Assembly (NCBI RefSeq): GCF_001194135.2
Contig: NC_068997.1
Coordinates: 8,341,351 to 8,386,009 of the forward strand
DNA length: 44,659 nt
Direction: 5' to 3'
From: Octopus bimaculoides
Taxonomy: Eukaryota
Part shown: piece by piece, positions 37,231 to 44,659 of the stretch
Layout of the letters: every line of letters begins with the position of its first letter
How positions within the stretch are numbered: the stretch's first letter is position 1
Translations under genes and position numbers: made by a program
Notes under the pieces: generated by a model
Seen by the model: only the letters and a program-made list of their open reading frames with translations
What the model was told of the DNA's origin: nothing
Databases searched by the model: none

Positions 37231-37996
37231 GTTTTATATATATATATATATATATTACGGAGATGTACTTGCATAGCAAGTGACCTGATCTGAGATTGTG
37301 TGCTGGAAGGAAAACAATTGCAGCGTGGAAGGTGTTTATAAGCCATTTAANNNNNNNNNNNNNNNNNNNNNNNNNNNNNNNNNNNNNNNNNNNNNNNNNN
37401 NNNNNNNNNNNNNNNNNNNNNNNNNNNNNNNNNNNNNNNNNNNNNNNNNNNNNNNNNNNNNNNNNNNNNNNNNNNNNNNNNNNNNNNNNNNNNNNNNNNN
37501 NNNNNNNNNNNNNNNNNNNNNNNNNNNNNNNNNNNNNNNNNNNNNNNNNNNNNNNNNNNNNNNNNNNNNNNNNNNNNNNNNNNNNNNNNNNNNNNNNNNN
37601 NNNNNNNNNNNNNNNNNNNNNNNNNNNNNNNNNNNNNNNNNNNNNNNNNNNNNNNNNNNNNNNNNNNNNNNNNNNNNNNNNNNNNNNNNNNNNNNNNNNN
37701 NNNNNNNNNNNNNNNNNNNNNNNNNNNNNNNNNNNNNNNNNNNNNNNNNNNNNNNNNNNNNNNNNNNNNNNNNNNNNNNNNNNNNNNNNNNNATGGTACA
37801 TGTAAAGTACATGTAAAGTACATATATATATATATATATATTCATACATACATATTTACATATTTAATCTGGAGTTTTAGCCACTATTTGGGATTCATGG
37901 ATGGCCCAGCAGGTTTAGGTAGAGTATTGTCAAAAGTGTAGTCAAGAATATCAGTAAAAATAATTCAGACCATATAAAACACACACACACACACAA
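37041..37996. repeat. Near-identical ~180-bp inverted repeat flanking an assembly gap
   Basis: 37041-37220 is the reverse complement of about 37820-37996; I see one substitution plus a (TG)n-tract difference. Confidence 0.9.
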
Positions 37997-38180
37997 GGAA
38001 GGAAAGAAAGGTGGTTTTATGTTTTGGAAACAGGAGACAGAGGAAAGTCCAATAGTAAAGGAAGAAGAGCTTTGCTCGAAACGTAAAACCACCTTTCTTT
38101 CCTTCCTTGAGCGTCTGCTAATACTTTACATGTATCACGTCCTCATGTGGTTGTTTTTTTTTTTTGTGTTTGTTCTTCAT
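37994..38180 (+). mobile_element. Penelope-like pLTR copy with an inverted 5' segment
   Basis: 38061-38180 aligns to 6754-6870; 37994-38066 is a reverse-complement piece of the same repeat. Confidence 0.7.
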
Positions 38181-38317
38181 TTTTTTTTTTTTTTTTTTTT
38201 TTTGGATTTACTATTTACTGCACACTCACATGGACCCCGCTGCCTTCCGACTGACTCTGGAGTACCTAATTCACGGAATTCTTTCTACCATTGGATTACA
38301 TTACTTTGTTCATTCAG

Positions 38318-38760
38318 AATACGCCATTTCTGCTTTGCAGAATTTTGTCTGTCTGCATGTTCTGAGTTCAAATTCTGCCACAGTTGACTTTGCCTTTCAT
38401 CGTTTCAGGGTCGATAAAGTAAGTACTTGTGAAACACTGGAGTTGATGTAATCAATTAGTCCCCTCCCCTCAAATTTCAAGCCTTGTGCCTTTAGTAGAA
38501 AGGATTGTTATTATTGTTATTATTAATAATAATGTGACAAGCTGGCAGAAACGTTAGCACATCAGGCAAACTGCTCAGCAGCATCTCATCCATCTTTTAC
38601 ATTCTGAGTTCAAATTCCACTGATGTCGACTTTGCCTTTCATCCTCTCAGGGTCGATAAATTAAGTACCAGTCGAACACTGGGTTTATGTAATTGACTTG
38701 CCCCCTCCCTCAAAATTTCAGGCCTTGTGCTTATAGTAGAAAGGAATATTATTATTATTG
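38318..38760 (+). mobile_element. Two head-to-tail tRNA-derived SINEs with (ATT)n tails
   Basis: Copies at about 38318-38530 and 38534-38760 share ttctgagttcaaatt...gactttgcctttcatc...ggtcgataaa...ccttgtgc..tagtagaaagga(tta)n. Confidence 0.85.
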
Positions 38761-39079
38761 AATGTGAGAGCAATGCATGCCATCAAAGTGGCACTGGGGT
38801 AAAATATACGAAGCCCAGTATACCCATCATGACTACCCGTCTATTAAGGGTACACCAGGCACATGCATCACAACCATATGTGCGCGACATGGTGATCTCA
38901 TATCAAGATAAACAGCACATGACCTTGCAGGTGGGGCCCAGTAAGAATTTTCTTCAGGTCGAGTAGCCCATCTCGCCCAAAAGGTCCTTCAATAAAGGTC
39001 GTTTGAGGATGTCGAACGAAATAACCATGCTTCCAAAAGTGAATTATCCAAACCCCCCAAAATTCCTCTCAACACACCC

Positions 39080-39080
<1 letters not shown>
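38757..39080 (-). mobile_element. 5'-truncated copy of the (AAT)n-bounded element
   Basis: Reverse complement of about 9140-9460; (ATT)n on both sides. Confidence 0.85.
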
Positions 39081-39125
<45 letters not shown>

Positions 39126-40067
39126 CAATGTATGCCGGTTTGTGTGTATGTATACCTATCACGAACAAATATAGATAGAAAAGTAAAAATTGGAAAGCAG
39201 TTTCTGAAATTTTAAACAAATCTTTAAAGTATACTTAATGTATATATATGCTAACAATCTGTACATTATTGAAAAAAATGGACACTTTAATTTATCCATT
39301 ATCTAAGTTAAAACCAGATAACTGGAAGCCAACATTTTGTTAATGTAAGTTGCTTCAAGTTATTAAATTGNNNNNNNNNNNNNNNNNNNNNNNNNNNNNN
39401 NNNNNNNNNNNNNNNNNNNNNNNNNNNNNNNNNNNNNNNNNNNNNNNNNNNNNNNNNNNNNNNNNNNNNNNNNNNNNNNNNNNNNNNNNNNNNNNNNNNN
39501 NNNNNNNNNNNNNNNNNNNNNNNNNNNNNNNNNNNNNNNNNNNNNNNNNNNNNNNNNNNNNNNNNNNNNNNNNNNNNNNNNNNNNNNNNNNNNNNNNNNN
39601 NNNNNNNNNNNNNNNNNNNNNNNNNNNNNNNNNNNNNNNNNNNNNNNNNNNNNNNNNNNNNNNNNNNNNNNNNNNNNNNNNNNNNNNNNNNNNNNNNNNN
39701 NNNNNNNNNNNNNNNNNNNNNNNNNNNNNNNNNNNNNNNNNNNNNNNNNNNNNNNNNNNNNNNNNNNNNNNNNNNNNNNNNNNNNNNNNNNNNNNNNNNN
39801 NNNNNNNNNNNNNNNNNNNNNNNNNNNNNNNNNNNNNNNNNNNNNNNNNNNNNNNNNNNNNNNNNNNNNNNNNNNNNNNNNNNNNNNNNNNNNNNNNNNG
39901 GGTGGGGAGAATAATTGTGGTAGAATTATTGTGGTGGGTACAGAAGAAAGTGAGGAAGGAGGAGGGAAAGGAAGAAGTAGGAGGTAGAAACTTAATGGGA
40001 AAGAGAGAAGAGGAACAGAAGTGAAGAAGAATATTGGAAGAAAAACAGAGAGAGAGAGAGAGAGAAA

Positions 40068-40109
<42 letters not shown>

Positions 40110-40318
40110 GAGAGAAAAGAGAGAGAGGGAGAGAGAGAAAAAGAGAGAGAGAGAGAGAGAGAAAAGGAAAGAGAGAGATGAAAATAAGAAAGAAGAGAAA
40201 GTTAAATATAAACAAAGAAAAAAAGGGACAAGTTGATTAAGTGAAAGAAAGGTGAGAGAAGAGGAAAAAAGAGGTCATTGATGAAGAGTACATATGTATA
40301 CATGCGTGTGTGTGCCCA

Positions 40319-40445
40319 ATAGAAAGAGCCCAATAGAACAGGTACTAGGCTTACAAAGAATAAGTCCAGGGGTTGATTTGTTCGATTAAAGGTGGTGCTC
40401 CATGACCACAGGCAAATAACTGAAACAAGTAAATGAATAACTGAA
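40319..40445 (+). mobile_element. 3' tail of the Nin-domain SINE family
   Basis: gtactaggcttacaaagaataagtcc..gggttgatttg matches 41955-42000. Confidence 0.75.
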
Positions 40446-40463
40446 TATATATATATCATCTGT

Positions 40464-40856
40464 GGAGGCGCAATGGCCCAATGGTTAGGGCAGCGGACTT
40501 GCGGTCATAGGATCGCGGTTTCGATTCCCAGACCGGGCGTTGTGAGTGTTTATTGAGCGAAAACACCTAAAGTTCCACGAGGCTCCAGCAGGGGATGGTG
40601 GCGAACCCTGCTGTACTCTTTCACCACAACTTTCTCTCACTCTTTCTTCCTGTTTCTGTTGTGCCTGTAATTCAAAGGGTCAGCCTTGTCACACTGTGTC
40701 ATGCTGAATATCCCCGAGAACTACGTTAAGGGTACACGTGTCTGTGGAGTGCTCAGCCACTTGCACGTTAATTTCATGAGCAGGCTGTTCCGTTGATCGG
40801 ATCAACTGGAACCCTCAACGTCGTAAGCGACGGAGTGCCAACAACAACAACAACAA
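40464..40856 (+). mobile_element. Near-intact tRNA-derived SINE with (AAC)n tail
   Basis: Pol III A box tggcccaatgg, B box gtttcgattcc, CpG-rich body, ends gagtgcc(aac)n. Confidence 0.88.
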
Positions 40857-41100
40857 ATATATACCATCTGTATACATGTACAGACACACACACATATATA
40901 TGTATATGTATATATTTCGTTTCTGTATTTGGTTTGCAAGAGTCTTTGTGAATTCGTGTTGAAGCATATTTTATTGTATCTGGGGAGAGAAAAAAAAAAC
41001 AACTAAATGAGTGGAAATTGGGCAGGTGAGTGTGTTAAATAATAAGGCACTAAAAGTGAATGGCTCTCCCCACACACAATAATACACACACTCACACACA

Positions 41101-41135
<35 letters not shown>

Positions 41136-41145
41136 NNNNNNNNNN

Positions 41146-41184
<39 letters not shown>

Positions 41185-41666
41185 TAGATAGATACTTGCA
41201 CAAAATATAAGGCAATTTCACTAAAGCTGGTACCACAATAAAATGCACCAAGTACGCTCTGTAAAGTGGTTGGTGATAGAAAGAATATAGAGCTGTAGAA
41301 ATCGTAGCCAAAATGAAATGTGTTTGTGAGATATGGTTCTCCAACTCATCTAGAAGTAGAATAGCTTTAAATAAAATCTAACTTCAATCCATGCTTGTAT
41401 GGGTTGGAAAATGGCATAAAAATAATGATGATAATGATGATGATGATGAAGATGGTGGTGTTGGTGGGGGAGATGGTGGAAGTGGTGCTGATGGAATTCA
41501 TTAGAAAGTTTGGTAAGTTTCAGCACAGAGCATAGAATTTGCTGAACCTTTGAGAATGAGAATGAGCAAGTTCCAAGGCAGGAAAGGAAATGGTACGACT
41601 GCCATGTTGTCATGATTAAGACTGCATTATTTGAAGCCCATTTACTGAATAACTGAACATAGGTAT

Positions 41667-42070
41667 AGGAGTGGCTGTGTGGTAAGTAGCTTGCTTACCA
41701 ACCACATGGTCCAGGGGTTCAGTCCCACTGCGTGGCATCTTGGGTAAGTGTCTTCTACTATAGCCTCGGGCCGACCAAAGCCTTGTGAGTGGATTTGGTA
41801 GACGGAAACTGAAAGAAGCCTGTCGTATATATGTATATGTGTATGTGTGTGCTTGTGTGTCTGTGTTTGTCCCCCCAACATCGCTTGACAACCGATGCTG
41901 GTGTGTTTATGTCCCCGTAACTTAGCGGTTCGGCAATAGAGACCGATAGAATAAGTACTAGGCTTCTAAAGAATAAGTCCTGGGGTCGATTTGCTCGACT
42001 AANNNNNNNNNNNNNNNNNNGGCCACAGTCAAAAGACTGAAACAAGTAAAAGAGTAAAAGAGTAAAAGAG
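41667..42070 (+). mobile_element. tRNA-derived SINE with Nin/Deu-like conserved core
   Basis: A box tggctgtgtgg, B box ggttcagtccc, core gggccgaccaaagccttgtgagtggatttggtagacggaaactgaaagaagcc, tail (agtaaaag)n. Domain name is from recall of published SINE superfamilies. Confidence 0.85.
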
Positions 42071-42561
42071 TGGGACTCATGTGGATTGTAAAAGGGTGGC
42101 CAGTGACAGAGTAAAGGTTGGGGTGACAGAGTTGGGTGGGAAGGCAGAAAGATGGAAGCAGAATCAGGTGCCATGTGGAATGATGCTGTAGCAGAGATAA
42201 AGGCTGAGAAAATGGACGAAGATGGAATCAAGGGCTCCTGAGAGAAATATGACAAGGCAGAACGAGTTTACTTTTAGGTCCCAAGGAAAAAGTTTTCAAA
42301 ACTCAAAGAAGTCTTTCTTTCTTTTTTTTTTTTTTGTTTAGTTTTTTTAAAGGAGGGGGCTTGGCAAATAGTCTTTAACTCTCTAGGATGTAGATCAAAA
42401 ATCCCATCCCTGGATAAAACCACCTCTTACAGGGCTCAGTTTCAGCACCATGTTTTGGTGAAGCTAAGGAAATGAAGGGTGATGTGGCAACATGTGGGAA
42501 AAGAAATCATTTACGTTTGAATGAGAGTGAGGGTGGTTAACCATTTAAGGATTTTAAGAGT

Positions 42562-42715
42562 TGTAAAACACATCCAGCAGAGCATACCAGCTTCATTCCT
42601 CTCTAGTCTTCACATGTCCTCTGCTTTCAGGGCCCACGTCTCGCTGCCATATAACATTGCAGTTTGTATACATGCACCGTATAATTTTCCTTTCCACTCA
42701 GAGAGTGAGAGGGTG
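42562..42715 (-). pseudogene. RTE LINE RT fragment
   Basis: Minus translation RVERKIIR/GACIQTAMLYGSETWALKAEDM*RLERNEAGMLCWMC, homologous to 30170-30325. Confidence 0.8.
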
Positions 42716-42878
42716 GAGGGAAAGAGAGAGGGTGGAGAGAAAGAGAGAGGGAGACAGAGACAGAGAGAAAGAGAGAGGGAGACAGACAGACAGAGGGAGA
42801 CAGAGACAGAGAGAGAGCGAGAGAGACCTTTGCCAGTTAAGTCACCTAATCTATGCCCACACGGAAAATGGACATTAA

Positions 42879-43099
42879 CCCTTTTATTACCATATTTCTG
42901 TTGAGATGCTCTGTGTTTCTTTCAATTAATTTTAAATATAACAAAGAATTTAGTAAAATAACTTAGTTATCATTCTGCTAGTGTTTGGAACACAAATTGT
43001 GACTAAGCTTTGGTGGAAGATTTTAATTCAAAACTTTTGAAATCAAGACATTTGTACTCAGAACCAAAGCCGGTTTCAGCCGGGTTGGTAACAAAAAGG
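42879..43099. mobile_element. 221-bp piggyBac-like MITE with TTAA target duplication
   Basis: TTAA|cccttttattacca ... tggtaacaaaaagg|TTAA; colinear with 5353-5573. Confidence 0.9.
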
Positions 43100-44659
43100 T
43101 TAAATGATGATGATGATGATGATGATGATGTAAAGCAATTGCTTTAATGCAATACAAATACCCTATATTTACATTGAAGCCCTTCACACCCTATGGAGCC
43201 CAGACCATCAGCAACTTTGCTCCACTGCTTTTGACTCTGACCCGAATAACTGGAAGGGTGAAGGCTTGAACACCATCACATCTCACATCTCAAGAAGGAA
43301 TGGACCTTGAAGTGGATTTTTACACTACCACCCAACAACAACAGCGAAAGGATTCCACACAAGCAGCAGACATGATTTGTAAAGAAAGCAAAAAAAAAAA
43401 AAAAAAANNNNNNNNNNNNNNNNNNNNNNNNNNNNNNNNNNNNNNNNNNNNNNNNNNNNNNNNNNNNNNNNNNNNNNNNNNNNNNNNNNNNNNNNNNNNN
43501 NNNNNNNNNNNNNNNNNNNNNNNNNNNNNNNNNNNNNNNNNNNNNNNNNNNNNNNNNNNNNNNNNNNNNNNNNNNNNNNNNNNNNNNNNNNNNNNNNNNN
43601 NNNNNNNNNNNNNNNNNNNNNNNNNNNNNNNNNNNNNNNNNNNNNNNNNNNNNNNNNNNNNNNNNNNNNNNNNNNNNNNNNNNNNNNNNNNNNNNNNNNN
43701 NNNNNNNNNNNNNNNNNNNNNNNNNNNNNNNNNNNNNNNNNNNNNNNNNNNNNNNNNNNNNNNNNNNNNNNNNNNNNNNNNNNNNNNNNNNNNNNNNNNN
43801 NNNNNNNNNNNNNNNNNNNNNNNNNNNNNNNNNNNNNNNNNNNNNNNNNNNNNNNNNNNNNNNNNNNNNNNNNNNNNNNNNNNNNNNNNNNNNNNNNNNN
43901 NNNNNNNNNNNNNNNNNNNNNNNNNNNNNNNNACTACTACTACTACTACCACTACTACATCATCACCACCACCACCACCACCACCACCGCCACCATTGTC
44001 ATAACTACCACCACCACCACTATCATCACCATCGTTACCACTGCCACTACCGTCGTCGTCATCACCACCACCACCACTGCCATCACCATGATCACCACCA
44101 CAATCATCTTCATCATCGTTCTTTGCAATTATAATCAAATGAGATAAAAATAGTCGAAATGGAAATGTTATTCTTCAATTAGAATCTATACATACCATTC
44201 CATGCAATTCCATGTCATACCATGCTATACCATGTCATGTTGGGTGATGTACTGAATGTTTTATTGATTTTGAAGTTGCATTCTTGAACTTTACCATTCC
44301 TGCCACCTCCAGTTTTTTTTCTTTTATTTTAGCTCTCCTTTTTGTTTTAATTTTTGAAGTGGTGGTGGTGGTAGCAGTGGTAGTAGTAAGGATAGTGTTA
44401 GTAGTTTTGGTAGCATACATATATCATGAATGTTGTTAAATAAATCCATTATTTTGGTTTGGAGAATAAATTTATTTATTTATTTACTTATTTATTATTT
44501 ACATTGGAACAGTTCCATGGAGTTGATGATGATATAGGAAACAAAAAATAAAGACTAAAAACACAAGAACAAAGAAACATAAAAAAACTGCAAAATGTTT
44601 TTAAAATTTTCCAAGATCTAGATATTGATTCCATCTCTATTTATGTGATATACATACAT

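Noticed and set aside
40464-40535. Possible tRNA gene
   Set aside because: A and B boxes are present, but I could not fold a cloverleaf, and the sequence runs into a SINE body and (AAC)n tail.
42070-42280. Possible L2/CR1/Jockey 3' fragment (similar doubts at 4540-4780, 20290-20700 and 21740-21950)
   Set aside because: Probably old TE debris, but no diagnostic motif could be read by eye.
43933-44138. Gly/Asp-rich or Thr/Pro-rich ORFs
   Set aside because: Compound (ACC/ATC/ACT)n trinucleotide tract next to a gap.
1-44659. CRISPR arrays, rRNA, operon-like or prokaryotic systems
   Set aside because: No regularly spaced repeat-spacer array, rRNA-like sequence or gene-dense region; the content is metazoan repeat DNA.

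Overview
AT-rich, gap-riddled eukaryotic DNA: many N-runs, most flanked by microsatellites, with dense (TA)n, (TG)n, (CAT)n, (AAT)n and (ATCT)n tracts. The repeat repertoire (RTE-tailed and tRNA/Nin-domain SINEs, R4/Dong-like LINEs, Penelope-like pLTRs) suggests an octopus/coleoid genome; this is inference, not a database match. I find no supportable host protein-coding exon. Nearly all track ORFs are microsatellite or gap translations, and the window reads as intronic or intergenic. Recognisable coding remnants are all decayed transposons: CR1-like RT, two R4/Dong-like loci, several RTE pieces, a pogo transposase with a Brinker-type DNA-binding domain, a mariner transposase and a Tc1 C-terminus. 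Best leads: (1) a minimal hammerhead ribozyme in a Penelope-like repeat, present twice with complementary lesions, one copy carrying an inversion that breaks inside the ribozyme core; (2) an apparent (TAA)n-targeted retroelement system (R4/Dong-like LINE fragments plus a non-coding element twice bounded by (AAT)n); (3) a TTAA MITE nested in an RTE tail; (4) an isolated 25-bp-stem hairpin and a near-identical inverted repeat around a gap.
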